In this document: positions 53,945 through 64,000 of the stretch, one piece after another
How the letters are laid out: each line of letters begins with the position of its first letter
Numbering within the stretch: position 1 is the first letter of the stretch
NCBI GenBank assembly: GCA_963664815.2
Contig: CAXXHB010000002.1
Span: 320,001-384,000 of the forward strand
Direction: 5' to 3'
Length of the DNA: 64,000 nt
Origin: Spirochaetota bacterium
GTDB lineage: Bacteria > Spirochaetota > UBA4802 > UBA5550
Made by a program: the position numbers and the translations under genes
The notes under the pieces: generated by a model
The model's input: the letters and a program-made list of their open reading frames with translations, nothing else
Database searches by the model: none
What the model was told of the DNA's origin: nothing

Positions 53945-56900
53945 TTGAGCGAAGATAAGAATTTTTTACAGTCTATTAAACTTGAAATAAGCAGAAATTT
54001 CAAGCTCGACCCTTACGAAAGAATTGCTTTTCATAAGATTCTTGCCTGTGCCAAATCAAATGCCGGAAAAGAGATTCTTATACGGGAAATTGAAAAAGGG
54101 GGGGATATCCGTTTAAGCGCTCTTCATTCTCTTTCGGAATTTAATGATCTTTCACTGATTCCAGTATTTATGACAATTCTTGAAAAAGATCCGCTGGATG
54201 AAGAGTTGTTTATCATTCTTGATTTTCTATATAAAAATGGATCGGCGAATGAAGTTCAATCATTAATCCAGTTTATTGAAAATAAAAAAAATGAAACTGA
54301 AAAAGCATTCATAATAAAGAAATGCTTTAATGTATTAAAAAAAATTGGTGAATCAGACAAGACGTTTCATCAATACCTGATTTCAGTAATAAATAATCCA
54401 GATTCAGATCCGGTAATACTTGAAGGGGCTATTAATGCCGTGTCTATATTGAAAAAACCGGAAATATTTGAAGAACTTATAAAAAGAAACAATGATAATA
54501 TTTCCAATCATGTTTTTTTATCAATATATAACATGAATCTCAGTTTAGTAAAAGAAGATGATGTTGAAAAAGAAGAATATACGCCTCCGCTTTTTAATCT
54601 CAACAGGGAAATGAGTGAGGAAGAAGGACTTATTCTTAACATAAAAGTTTTACTTGGTAAAATTACATCCAGATTTGACGATTTTTCAGTAGAAACAAAA
54701 AATTCATATATAAATGCAATGTTGTCATGCAATCATCGGGAAGCTGTAATTTACGTAATGAAAGCGCTTGAATCAAAAAACAATGAATTAATCAGAAAAA
54801 CATTTTTTTCAATTCACAGCAACATAACAAGACTTCGCTTTCCGGAAAAACTTCTCAGAAATCTGATTTCAATGAGTGTTGAGACAGAAGAAAATAACGC
54901 CCTTATAGTTGAGATTTTCGCAAAGTATTTTTCTGAGAAAAAGAAAAACAGGTCAGATATTCTGTTCCGGGACAAACTTTTCGGAAATATAACATCTACT
55001 CTTGAATCATATTTTGAAACCTACAGGCGTGAATTTATGATTCCTGATGTTACTGAAAGTTCACTGCCTGAAAGTTTCAAGAAAATACGATCATCAATTT
55101 TAAAATACCTGAATCCGGAACAGAAAAGAAAACTTATTGCAGATCTTACCTCTGAAGAGAAAGATCTCCCTCTTAAAATTCTTTCCTATTTATCAGAATG
55201 GATTTATTATATTGATGATGAGGATCAGGAAGCTTTTTCACTTTTCATTGATCTCGTAATAGATGAAGACAGAGTTTCAAGAGAAAACACCGCTTCGCGG
55301 TTTGATTCGATCAATTTTGAAAAGAGGTATCTTCAATCTAGAATTGTCAGACTGTGTAATATCATTAATGTATTGAATATTGATGATGCGGCGAAATCTC
55401 TTGTCTATATGTACAATTATTTGAAAAAATATCCTGATAAAAAGATTTATGATTCTGCGATAAATGCTTTATGCAGGATTAATTATTCCTACATGCTGAG
55501 TGAAATTGAAATTATGCTAACAGCTGGGAGCGCGGAAGATCAGATAAAAGCTGTATCACTTCTTCCTCTTTTTACCGAGAAAAGGCTTATTAATATTCTT
55601 GTCGAGTATCTGAAAAATAATTCATCTAATGGTAATGATGTGACCCGCGGTATAGTATCAATTCTTGCCGAACAGGATGTTATATTAAATATAAATGCAA
55701 TTGTTGTATTTAAGAGTGTAATAGAAAATAATCCGGAGAGTGATATTAGAAGATTGGCCATAATAGGAGTGGGTAATTGTTGTATCAGTGAGGATATTGA
55801 GTATTTAAATGATCTTTTTTATAAAGTAAAAGAACCTATTTTAAAAGAAGCTGTAGTGAAATCAATCTGTTCCATAATAGCCTATAAGAGTGATTATAAT
55901 AAACAGCAGATTGTGAGGTTTGTCCAGGAATATCTGAAAGATCCGGATATTAAGGTAAGAATTTTTTCATGCATGATACTTATTCGTCTTGGTAATAAAG
56001 ATGCATTCAGATCTATAAGAGAGATGTTGATAATTAAAAATAAAATAATCCAGAGGGAGATATTATCAATTTTGCGTGATATCCGAACTCCGGATTTTTA
56101 TTTTTTCCTGGTTTCATTATTAAAAGAGGAATTCGGCATAAGTGAAGATATTATTTATCTGATTAAAAAACTTCCTGAAGAAGAATTAAAGGAGATTGAA
56201 AGCTTTATAATTAACATATTCAGGAAATTTGAAATTCCTTCTTTAGGAACAGGATCTGCACCAAGAGAAACTCATAAGCTTGAGAATTGCGAAAAACGGC
56301 AACTTACGGTTTTATATATTACTGTTGAGAACTTTGATGATTTGACAAGAGATATGAATTTTTATCAATTAATTGAGTTTTATCTTAAAATAGATTCAAT
56401 AATAGTGAAACCGGTAATTGATAATTCCGGAGTGATTTCTGACAAAGACAACAATCGTATAACAGCATGGTTTGATGTTTCACTGAATTCAATTAAAGCC
56501 GTAAATGAAATCAATAAGAGATTAAAAGAAATAAACAATACTAATATTTATAAAAAAAACATTAACACAAGAATGGTTATAATATTTGATAATTATATAC
56601 TGGTTGGAGATGAAATTTTTGATTACAGTAAAAAAAGTCTTAATACAAATCATAATATGCCGTTTATAAATAAAACTGTAATTGATAATAAGTTAGCAAA
56701 TAGAATAAGTGAAGATTATTATCTGGCACCAATTCCTGAAATTTTATATTCTGGAGAGCTGTCAGACAGAAATCATTTTGAATTAATGACGAGTGTTAAT
56801 TTCAGGAATATTACATTTGCAATGCTGGAAAACAAACAGGCAGAAATTTTAAAAGCCAGACAGGAACAGTCCCAGATCGCTGCACAGATAAAAAATCTTA

Positions 56901-57106
56901 AAACAGGCAATAGATCAACAACATCAATAGCTATAGCGGGTGAACTTGAAAATATCGGAGTAAAGCTGAGAGAACAGCTTGAGGAGATTGAGCGATATGT
57001 AAACAGACGTTCAACAGACAGGGAGTTGAGTAAAAATGTCCGGCAGATGCTTAATAATACATATAATTTATATAGAGTGGAAATATCAAAATTAACAATT
57101 AGATAA
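53945..57106 (+). CDS. HEAT-repeat protein with degenerate class III nucleotidyl-cyclase-like domain and C-terminal coiled coil
   Basis: HEAT-like motifs (IRRLAIIGVG, LKDPDIKVRIFSC); segment from LTVLYITVENF follows the cyclase pattern; TTG start. Confidence 0.7.
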   Translation: MSEDKNFLQSIKLEISRNFKLDPYERIAFHKILACAKSNAGKEILIREIEKGGDIRLSALHSLSEFNDLSLIPVFMTILEKDPLDEELFIILDFLYKNGSANEVQSLIQFIENKKNETEKAFIIKKCFNVLKKIGESDKTFHQYLISVINNPDSDPVILEGAINAVSILKKPEIFEELIKRNNDNISNHVFLSIYNMNLSLVKEDDVEKEEYTPPLFNLNREMSEEEGLILNIKVLLGKITSRFDDFSVETKNSYINAMLSCNHREAVIYVMKALESKNNELIRKTFFSIHSNITRLRFPEKLLRNLISMSVETEENNALIVEIFAKYFSEKKKNRSDILFRDKLFGNITSTLESYFETYRREFMIPDVTESSLPESFKKIRSSILKYLNPEQKRKLIADLTSEEKDLPLKILSYLSEWIYYIDDEDQEAFSLFIDLVIDEDRVSRENTASRFDSINFEKRYLQSRIVRLCNIINVLNIDDAAKSLVYMYNYLKKYPDKKIYDSAINALCRINYSYMLSEIEIMLTAGSAEDQIKAVSLLPLFTEKRLINILVEYLKNNSSNGNDVTRGIVSILAEQDVILNINAIVVFKSVIENNPESDIRRLAIIGVGNCCISEDIEYLNDLFYKVKEPILKEAVVKSICSIIAYKSDYNKQQIVRFVQEYLKDPDIKVRIFSCMILIRLGNKDAFRSIREMLIIKNKIIQREILSILRDIRTPDFYFFLVSLLKEEFGISEDIIYLIKKLPEEELKEIESFIINIFRKFEIPSLGTGSAPRETHKLENCEKRQLTVLYITVENFDDLTRDMNFYQLIEFYLKIDSIIVKPVIDNSGVISDKDNNRITAWFDVSLNSIKAVNEINKRLKEINNTNIYKKNINTRMVIIFDNYILVGDEIFDYSKKSLNTNHNMPFINKTVIDNKLANRISEDYYLAPIPEILYSGELSDRNHFELMTSVNFRNITFAMLENKQAEILKARQEQSQIAAQIKNLKTGNRSTTSIAIAGELENIGVKLREQLEEIERYVNRRSTDRELSKNVRQMLNNTYNLYRVEISKLTIR

Positions 57107-57252
57107 TAGTATCTGAACTATAATTTTATATGTAATTTAATTATAATCTCATCTTTATTGAAATGAAAGAAAATAGTTTTTATAAAATCTATGTCATGAA
57201 AATATTGCTGATTAAGTAATTCAATCTGTTTTGCTGGTTTGTAACGGTTCTT

Positions 57253-58170
57253 TTATCTTTCAGCGAAACGTTTGGATAATTCAAGTTTATGTTTAATTAA
57301 AAACATTGAGTTAACTAGAAAGAACCGGTCATTTTTAAACTTGAGTAAGGTTTCATATTGTACAACTGCTGTTTTATAATCTCCTGTTTTAAAAGCAGAT
57401 TCAGCGAAATAGTAATGAAATGATTTATCATATTCCGATGATGTATCAATAGATTTAAGGAGCACAATGGATTTAAGATATTCCTTATTTTTAAAGTGAA
57501 TTTTAGCCAGCCCTAAAATTCCATTCGGGAATGAATACTGAAGAGTGATGGTTGTTTCATAATATTTTTTAGCGGTTCTTAGCTGGTTCCTGTTATAATA
57601 TATATCACCGATAAGAATATAAGTATTCAATTCCCTGGGATTTTTTTTCAGTCCTATGCGGAACTTTTCAAGAGCATCGTTTTCTCGGTTTAACCTCCCA
57701 TAAATATAACCTGTCTGAAGATAAATTTTTGAATAATCAGGTACAAGCTGTTCAGCTTTCAGAAAATGAATAAGTGAAATTTGAAGTCTATTCATATAAA
57801 GAGTACAGATTCCGGCATTGTATCTGAAAGGGAAAAAAAGAGGGGCTTTTTCGAGGCCATCTTCGAGAATATTTAGTGCTTCGGGAAATTTACCGGACAT
57901 CATAAGTTCTGCAGCTTTATTGTTGGCATTTCCGGCCGGATCATCCCCATTGCAGAAAAGAATATCGTTTTGTGAATATATCAGATATTTTCCGATCTGT
58001 ACAGATTCTTTATTTGCTTTAAGTACTGAAAAGTAATCGGTATCCTGAGCATTTAAAAAAATCGAATATATTAAAGTGATTGATAAAAGTATTGATAATG
58101 AAGAAAATATTTTTTTTGAACCAATTACAAGTTTTTTCATAAAATTGTTTTTTTCATTCGTATTGGCCAT
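57253..58170 (-). CDS. Exported tetratricopeptide-repeat protein (start possibly the second Met)
   Basis: Signal-like hydrophobic segment ending LNA-Q; consecutive TPR motifs. Confidence 0.82.
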   Translation of the reverse strand: MANTNEKNNFMKKLVIGSKKIFSSLSILLSITLIYSIFLNAQDTDYFSVLKANKESVQIGKYLIYSQNDILFCNGDDPAGNANNKAAELMMSGKFPEALNILEDGLEKAPLFFPFRYNAGICTLYMNRLQISLIHFLKAEQLVPDYSKIYLQTGYIYGRLNRENDALEKFRIGLKKNPRELNTYILIGDIYYNRNQLRTAKKYYETTITLQYSFPNGILGLAKIHFKNKEYLKSIVLLKSIDTSSEYDKSFHYYFAESAFKTGDYKTAVVQYETLLKFKNDRFFLVNSMFLIKHKLELSKRFAER

Positions 58171-58601
58171 TTAATATAGTCATTTATTAAATCATCTTAT
58201 CACGTCCTTCTGTATATGAAGTGTGATAATTTTCAAGTAAATCCTGATGTTAAAAAAACGTTGATTTATTACAGGTATGCCTGATAAATCCTGTTGTTAT
58301 ATCACTTATCAGAAACAGCATATTAAACAAATTGCTGTAACGTAGATCTGATTTGAGTATATTAATATATCGGAAAAAGTGTATAGTATAGATTATGTAT
58401 TAATTAAGGTTTTACAAACCTTTTACAGTAATAATTTCAGAATATGTATTTTAGGGCAAACAGAAAATTAAATCTTTCCATTGCACACAACAATGATAAG
58501 GTTTAAAAGCTGAACATTTTATTAATTTAAAAAATTCTTGAAAAGGTGCCGGTTAATATTCAAATGGCTTAATAATAGATGAATTTTGTGGTGAAAAATT
58601 A

Positions 58602-59555
58602 ATGGGAAATCCTGAATTGAAAATTTACAATGAAATTCCTGTAAATAACGGATTGTTTCAGAATCCTGTTGTTACTATCGGAAATTTTGATGGTGTACAT
58701 CTGGGGCACAGGAAGATTATTGAAAAATTAATATCCAGCTCCAGGGAACATAATGGAATACCGGTGGTTATCACCTTTAAAAATCATCCAAGGACATTAT
58801 TCCATCCCGAATCAGTCTGTAGAATGATAACTACTATTGAAGAAAAACAACAGGCGCTTCATGCTCTTGGAATCAACAATATCATTATGCTGAATTTTAC
58901 CAGGGAATTTTCCAATCTTACTGCAGACCAGTTTTACAATGAACTTCTTATAGGAAAACTGAAGGTGAAGGAGATTGTAATTGGATACGATCATGCCTTC
59001 GGTAAAAACAGGGAAGGCAATATCGATTACCTCATGAAGCTTTCAGCGAAAACGGGAATTATCGTTAATCGTGTGGAAGAGGAAGTATGTGAAGAGGAAG
59101 TGATTTCGTCAACATTACTCAGGCATGAGATAGATAAAGGCAATATGCAGATGGTTGCAAGACTCTTAGGAAGAAGATACACACTCACAGGACACATTGT
59201 TAAAGGTGCTGGCAGGGGGAGGGGGCTTGGTTTTCCCACAGCAAATATTTCGCCGGATCATTTGGATAAAATTATTCCGGGTAATGGAACATATGCCGCT
59301 TCAATAATTTTTAAAGATAATACGGTTTATCATGGGATGCTGAATATCGGGTATAACCCGACATTTGATGGAGAAGAGAAAACAATCGAAATAAATATTT
59401 TTGATTTTAATAAAAATATTTACGGTGAAATTGTAAAATTAGAATTTTTTGAAAAAATTAGGGATGTTGTAAAATTCGAATCGGCTGAGTCTCTTATAAA
59501 GCAGATCAGAACAGATGAAATTCAGATAAGGAAGATTTTTAACGATGTCTGCTGA
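58602..59555 (+). CDS. ribF: Bifunctional riboflavin kinase / FAD synthetase
   Basis: GNFDGVHLGH, GYDHAFG, ISST, GRGLGFPTAN, NIGYNPT. Confidence 0.97.
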   Translation: MGNPELKIYNEIPVNNGLFQNPVVTIGNFDGVHLGHRKIIEKLISSSREHNGIPVVITFKNHPRTLFHPESVCRMITTIEEKQQALHALGINNIIMLNFTREFSNLTADQFYNELLIGKLKVKEIVIGYDHAFGKNREGNIDYLMKLSAKTGIIVNRVEEEVCEEEVISSTLLRHEIDKGNMQMVARLLGRRYTLTGHIVKGAGRGRGLGFPTANISPDHLDKIIPGNGTYAASIIFKDNTVYHGMLNIGYNPTFDGEEKTIEINIFDFNKNIYGEIVKLEFFEKIRDVVKFESAESLIKQIRTDEIQIRKIFNDVC

Positions 59556-60114
59556 CGAACAGAAAGATATTTACAGCTATGTAGCAGCATTTCCAGGGCT
59601 GGTTCTTGAAATTTTTTCTGACAATTGGAATCTTCTGAAAATTGATATTATTAAAGGGAAAAAACCTTTAAGCAATAAAAAAAATTTTATACCTGATCCT
59701 ATAATTAAAACAATTTCTTTTTTTGATGATTATTTTACCGGGAAAAGAAGCAGTTTAAAAATTGTTTTTGATATTAAATCTTCATCAAGTAATTCTGAGA
59801 GAGATACAGATACAGTTCTTCACCTCGATATGAGCAGCTATACAGTAAATGAAATCAGGATTTATAAAAAGCTTTTAGAGATTAGACCTGGAAAGACAAT
59901 TTCATATGGTGATCTTGCTGAATACAGCGGAATTGCCCGTGGAGCAAGATTTACTGGAAATTGTATGGCGAAGAATAATTTTCCTTTAATTATTCCGTGT
60001 CATCGTGTTATTAAAAAGGATGGATCTATTGGTAATTACGGCGGCGGAGTAGAAATTAAAAAATTTCTGCTTAAGCACGAAACAGATATGTTCTTCTATT
60101 CCAACAGCCGGTAG
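59545..60114 (+). CDS. ogt: Methylated-DNA--protein-cysteine methyltransferase
   Basis: G.TISYG.LA, AR..G, IPCHRV, GNYGGG...K..LL.HE. Confidence 0.92.
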   Translation: MSADEQKDIYSYVAAFPGLVLEIFSDNWNLLKIDIIKGKKPLSNKKNFIPDPIIKTISFFDDYFTGKRSSLKIVFDIKSSSSNSERDTDTVLHLDMSSYTVNEIRIYKKLLEIRPGKTISYGDLAEYSGIARGARFTGNCMAKNNFPLIIPCHRVIKKDGSIGNYGGGVEIKKFLLKHETDMFFYSNSR

Positions 60115-60122
60115 GCTGCAGC

Positions 60123-62282
60123 CTATTGATCTTTAATTACCCGTATCATTGCAATTATAAATCCTGAAGCAATAAGAATCGTTCCAAGCCAGACTACCCA
60201 GATCAGTCGTTTATGAGATATTTCCAGTATTGCATAATCAGGAGGTATCACGGCATTTTTCTCAGGTGTAATGAATATTCCCACGGTTCTGTGGTTTGCA
60301 TTTAAACTCTCAATTGATATGATTGTATCTGTACCCGGCATTTTCTGATCTATTTTTTCAGTCTCACCCGATTTTGTTATTTTTATACCGGGAAAATATT
60401 TTTTTCCATCTACCATTATATTGGAGAGTATGGTCATTCCATCTTTTCCCATATTATCTGTCACAAATCCATAGAACTTGACTGTATGCCCGCTTATGTT
60501 TCTTTCATCATTTTCATGCAGTAGTGCGGAGCTGTAATTTATTCTGGAAAAATTGTAGAGTTGAGGTGTTATATAAATATCTCCGGAAATGCTGTTAATA
60601 ATATATGGAGCTCTGTAGTTTACTTCACCGGTGTTTTGGTCAATATAGTATGCCATTTGAGCATCATGTGATGTACCATTTTCCGCAACTGATATCAGTA
60701 CATGAGATTTTTCCCCTTCCTGGAAACCTTTTAGTGTTATAGAACTGCCTGCCTGAATGGATTCGCCGACATTAACGTGTTTCTGTTCGCTCCATGAATG
60801 AAGATTTGATGCAATAACACCGAGTATGAATATTGCCACTCCAAGGTGGGCAATTCTTGAAGAGAGATTAATTATATTTGTATTCTTTTTTAAATCAAGA
60901 AATATCATTGAAGAGAGAAAAAATGAAAGTATTGAAAAGAGAATAGCTGCCGGATTCTTTGTGGAAAGAATGTTAAAAAGTATTCCGGTTATTATTGAAA
61001 AAATCACAGCAATAATTATATCTTTTTTTAAATAACTGCGGGAGGCAAACATTGAAAGAGTAATAAATGAAAGAATCATCAGACCGAATGGTGTGGAAAT
61101 ATTATTATAGAATTTTTCAGTAACGTTCGCCGGATTGTTGAAGAGGCCTGTTACAATCGGCATTGTAGTCCCAGCCAGAACAATCAGGGCAAAAAGAAGC
61201 AGTATAATGATCCCATAAACAGTTATACCTTCGAATGTGAAAATGTCGGTGCTGATTTTTTTTGATTTAATCTGCTTGTAACGTTTTGCAAAAAGAAAAA
61301 CTGAAATAGCAAGGAAAAATATTATGTTTCCCAGCAGGAAGTAAAGGACACTGGATTTTCCAAAAGAATGAACTGAAAAATCAGAGAGTATTCCGCTTCT
61401 TGTCAAAAAGGTGCTGAAAAAAACCAGAATAAAATAAGCAAGGGCCATAAAGATATTTGTTTTTCTTAGAATTTCTTTTCTGGTCTGAAGCATGAGTCCA
61501 TGCATCAGTGCTACAGAAACAAGCCATGGTATTAGTGAGGAGTTTTCAACCGGATCCCATCCCCAGTATCCACCCCAGCCCAGGACTTTATACGCCCAGT
61601 ACCCTCCCATAAATATACCTGCTCCGAGAGTTAGCATGCTGAAAATTAACCATGGGAATGATCTCTTTACCCAACTATCGAAATCCCCTTTAATAAGAGC
61701 TGCTATAGCATATCCGAAAGGTATTGTAGATGACGCATAGCCGAGGAATAATACAGGAGGATGAGCAATCATCCATGGATCCATAAGAAGAGGATTCATC
61801 CCGTTTCCATCTCCGGGAATTTCACCAGGATGGAAATCATTCGGAGAGATATTCCATATATAAGAAAATGGATTTTTTACCAGAAGAATAAGAAGTATAA
61901 AACTTTGCACTACCATTATAGAAGTGAGAACTGCCGGAGTAAATTCATTAGTTTTCCTTAATAAAACAATTCCACACATATTCAGAAGAAAAAGCCAGAC
62001 AAGGAAACTTCCCTCATTGCCAGCCCAGATCGCAGCGATTTTATATTGCGTCAGCATGGCTTTTGATGAATTGCTGAAAATGTATGCATATTGAAATTCA
62101 TTATTAATAATTGCATTGAAAAGAACAAGAACAGCAAACATTATTAGAATGGATGTAATGTAGAAAATTCTTTTCCCAGCAAGAAACGATTTTTTTTCAT
62201 TGCTGATACTTCTGATCATAAAAAAAACAGATGCTATTGAAAGCATCAGAGCTGTGCTTAATATTATAGTTCCTGTATTCAT
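60123..62282 (-). CDS. ccmF: Cytochrome c biogenesis heme lyase CcmF
   Basis: WAGNEGS, GMNPLL, HPPVLFLGY, WAYKVLGWGGYWGWDPVENSSLIPW, TRSG....VHSF. Confidence 0.95.
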   Translation of the reverse strand: MNTGTIILSTALMLSIASVFFMIRSISNEKKSFLAGKRIFYITSILIMFAVLVLFNAIINNEFQYAYIFSNSSKAMLTQYKIAAIWAGNEGSFLVWLFLLNMCGIVLLRKTNEFTPAVLTSIMVVQSFILLILLVKNPFSYIWNISPNDFHPGEIPGDGNGMNPLLMDPWMIAHPPVLFLGYASSTIPFGYAIAALIKGDFDSWVKRSFPWLIFSMLTLGAGIFMGGYWAYKVLGWGGYWGWDPVENSSLIPWLVSVALMHGLMLQTRKEILRKTNIFMALAYFILVFFSTFLTRSGILSDFSVHSFGKSSVLYFLLGNIIFFLAISVFLFAKRYKQIKSKKISTDIFTFEGITVYGIIILLLFALIVLAGTTMPIVTGLFNNPANVTEKFYNNISTPFGLMILSFITLSMFASRSYLKKDIIIAVIFSIITGILFNILSTKNPAAILFSILSFFLSSMIFLDLKKNTNIINLSSRIAHLGVAIFILGVIASNLHSWSEQKHVNVGESIQAGSSITLKGFQEGEKSHVLISVAENGTSHDAQMAYYIDQNTGEVNYRAPYIINSISGDIYITPQLYNFSRINYSSALLHENDERNISGHTVKFYGFVTDNMGKDGMTILSNIMVDGKKYFPGIKITKSGETEKIDQKMPGTDTIISIESLNANHRTVGIFITPEKNAVIPPDYAILEISHKRLIWVVWLGTILIASGFIIAMIRVIKDQ

Positions 62283-62283
62283 A

Positions 62284-62661
62284 TTATTTATTTTCCTTCT
62301 GGTATTTTGACGGGCATTTCACAAGTACCTTATCAGCTTCAAATGTTTTTTTATCTGAAGAGAATTTCCCAAGCACTACAACCTTTTCAGTATGCTCAAA
62401 GTTCTGGGGTTTAACACCATTATGAACAACATAGAGTATATTGTTGTTTTCATCGGAGAGTTCAAAGGAGTAACCAGCACCATCATGCTTTACCTCGGCA
62501 TCTTTCACTCTTTTCCCGATTACCTGAACGTATTTTCCCGGGTGTTTTTCGGCATAATGAAATGTAACGTAGGGGGAGAAAAGATCATCGCTGAGAGAAA
62601 TGATTGCTGTTACAAGAAGAATCAGTCCGATGATGAAAACGAAAATTTTTTTATTTTTCAC
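62284..62661 (-). CDS. ccmE: Heme chaperone CcmE, CxxxY variant
   Basis: N-terminal TM helix; P.NF...VVV.G; F.A..VLVKCPSKY. Start re-called to GTG at 62661 (GGAGGAG upstream). Confidence 0.92.
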   Translation of the reverse strand: MKNKKIFVFIIGLILLVTAIISLSDDLFSPYVTFHYAEKHPGKYVQVIGKRVKDAEVKHDGAGYSFELSDENNNILYVVHNGVKPQNFEHTEKVVVLGKFSSDKKTFEADKVLVKCPSKYQKENK

Positions 62662-62764
62662 CAAGCTCCTCCTCAATCTTCCGGACCTTTCTGTCAAGTC
62701 TGTAAAGGAACAGAGCTATACCAACCCATATTATCAGTATTGTCGCTGTAATTTCAATCATCAT
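62651..62764 (-). CDS. ccmD: CcmD-family small membrane protein (37 aa)
   Basis: Not in the ORF track. Manual translation MMIEITATILIIWVGIALFLYRLDRKVRKIEEELGEK; lies between and overlaps ccmC and ccmE. Confidence 0.85.
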   Translation of the reverse strand: MMIEITATILIIWVGIALFLYRLDRKVRKIEEELGEK

Positions 62765-63437
62765 TGTGTTTCTCCTGGAATTTGAATTCAATGAAACTTA
62801 TTCTGTTCATCAGGCTGTAGATATATCCATAGAATATTGTAAATACACATATTGAAGTGAGAAGAGTAAGCTTCATTGACGCTTCAAGATGGATTTTTTT
62901 ATCAGCATTTATTATTGTATCCGGATGGAGTGACGGATAAATTCTCGGTATTACGAATATAAAAAAAGGCATTGTTATCATAGCAATTAAAAGATAAACA
63001 GAACTTATTCTTATTCTGTTCGAATTTTCGCTTAAAGCGGAATAAAGGCTGAAGTATGAGATGTAGATAAGCATCAATATTACTATTGATGTTTCTCTGG
63101 GGTCCCAGTTCCAGTATGTACCCCAGCTTATTTTTGCCCAGATTGAGCCGGTTACTACTGTAAGAACTGTAAAGATAATTCCGGCATAGGCTGCATTGTA
63201 TGATTTATACTCTCTTTCAACAATATTATTATCTGAAAGAAGTATCCTGATGGAGTGATAACCGGCAATAACGAACGAAATTACCGAAAGCCATGCTACA
63301 GGTACATGAAAATAAATAATTCTGCCGGAGTCTCCGAGAAACTCTGCTCGAGGTGACCATATGAGTGCCATCAGGTAAACAGCAGGCATTATTATAAAAA
63401 TATGTAAGACGAATAGAATGTGATTATATATTTTCAT
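62754..63437 (-). CDS. ccmC: Heme exporter protein CcmC
   Basis: IYFHVP.AW, TGSIWAK.SWGTYWNWDPRET, SLHP. Confidence 0.94.
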   Translation of the reverse strand: MKIYNHILFVLHIFIIMPAVYLMALIWSPRAEFLGDSGRIIYFHVPVAWLSVISFVIAGYHSIRILLSDNNIVEREYKSYNAAYAGIIFTVLTVVTGSIWAKISWGTYWNWDPRETSIVILMLIYISYFSLYSALSENSNRIRISSVYLLIAMITMPFFIFVIPRIYPSLHPDTIINADKKIHLEASMKLTLLTSICVFTIFYGYIYSLMNRISFIEFKFQEKHNDD

Positions 63438-63438
63438 T

Positions 63439-64000
63439 TTATAATTCCGTCCAGATAAATTTAAAAGTAAGATATGAAACTGAAACTATTACACCGGAGA
63501 AGGCAAGTAAAAAAACGATGCTTTTATATTCCGGAACCACTGTACTGTCAATTGAAACAGTTGTAAGATTAATAGACGTCCACAAAACCGGGAGTAGTAT
63601 TGGGAATGAAATTACTGTAAAGAGGGAACTTCCGCTACCCGCTTTCGAAACTATCGCGCCAAGAATTGTTGTGACCGTTGCGATTGCGATGCTTCCGGAG
63701 ATTACTGTAAGAATGAAAAAGAATATATTAGCCGGAAAAATCTGGAGAAAGAAAAGGTAAAGTACTGTTACTATTGCGGATATAATGAGAAATATTATTA
63801 TGTTGAAAATCAGCTTTGAAAGATAAATCTCTTCGGGTGAAAAGCAGAGTGAAAGAAATAAAGATGTTTTTTCCTCCTCCTCCCTGATGAATATATGCGC
63901 AAGACCGCTCATTGCGCTGAAAAAAAGGATAATCCAGAAAATGATTGCATTGACTGCGGGTGAAAACGAGCTACCACCTGCAGCAAGGCTTACTGACAGG
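63439..64000 (-). CDS. ccmB: Heme exporter protein CcmB (5' part beyond the window)
   Basis: Hydrophobic; FW...FFSAMSGL...F.REEE, LF.VISFPILLP; the frame stays open to the window edge. Confidence 0.88.
   Translation of the reverse strand, partial: LSVSLAAGGSSFSPAVNAIIFWIILFFSAMSGLAHIFIREEEEKTSLFLSLCFSPEEIYLSKLIFNIIIFLIISAIVTVLYLFFLQIFPANIFFFILTVISGSIAIATVTTILGAIVSKAGSGSSLFTVISFPILLPVLWTSINLTTVSIDSTVVPEYKSIVFLLAFSGVIVSVSYLTFKFIWTEL

Noticed and set aside
58171-58601. Possible FMN or c-di-GMP riboswitch upstream of ribF (GGGCAAAC near 58454)
   Set aside because: The other conserved elements of either riboswitch were not found; the region looks like AT-rich divergent promoter DNA.

Overview
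An AT-rich bacterial chromosomal window spanning the probable replication origin. The gene content suggests a Spirochaetota (Leptospira-related) organism: an unlinked 5S rRNA, LipL46/LPP20-like lipoproteins, a CxxxY-type CcmE and an MBL-cNMP protein. This is an inference, not a database result. The core is dnaA-[oriC]-dnaN-recF-dciA(DUF721)-remB(DUF370)-gyrB-gyrA on the minus strand, followed by a solitary 5S rRNA gene. About 38 kb away, mnmG-rsmG carry two identical parS palindromes. The rest is housekeeping (hisI, nadK, recN, ispD, mog, pyrF, moeA, purN, surE, lysS, ribF, ogt, ccmBCDEF), signalling genes (REC-GAF-HD-GYP, REC-PP2C, STAS, MBL-cNMP) and several uncharacterised proteins. No CRISPR array, transposase, integrase, prophage or tRNA was seen. 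Best leads: (1) the origin has non-canonical DnaA boxes, TTAT[C/A/T]AACA, together with substitutions in the DnaA recognition helix; (2) an orphan gene lies divergent from dnaA behind an 11-bp-phased box array; (3) both parS sites encode the peptide EVPRGT, and one overlaps the probable rsmG start; (4) an HExxH protein is translationally coupled to recN; (5) a 1053-aa HEAT-repeat protein carries a degenerate class III cyclase domain. All product calls come from motif recognition by eye.
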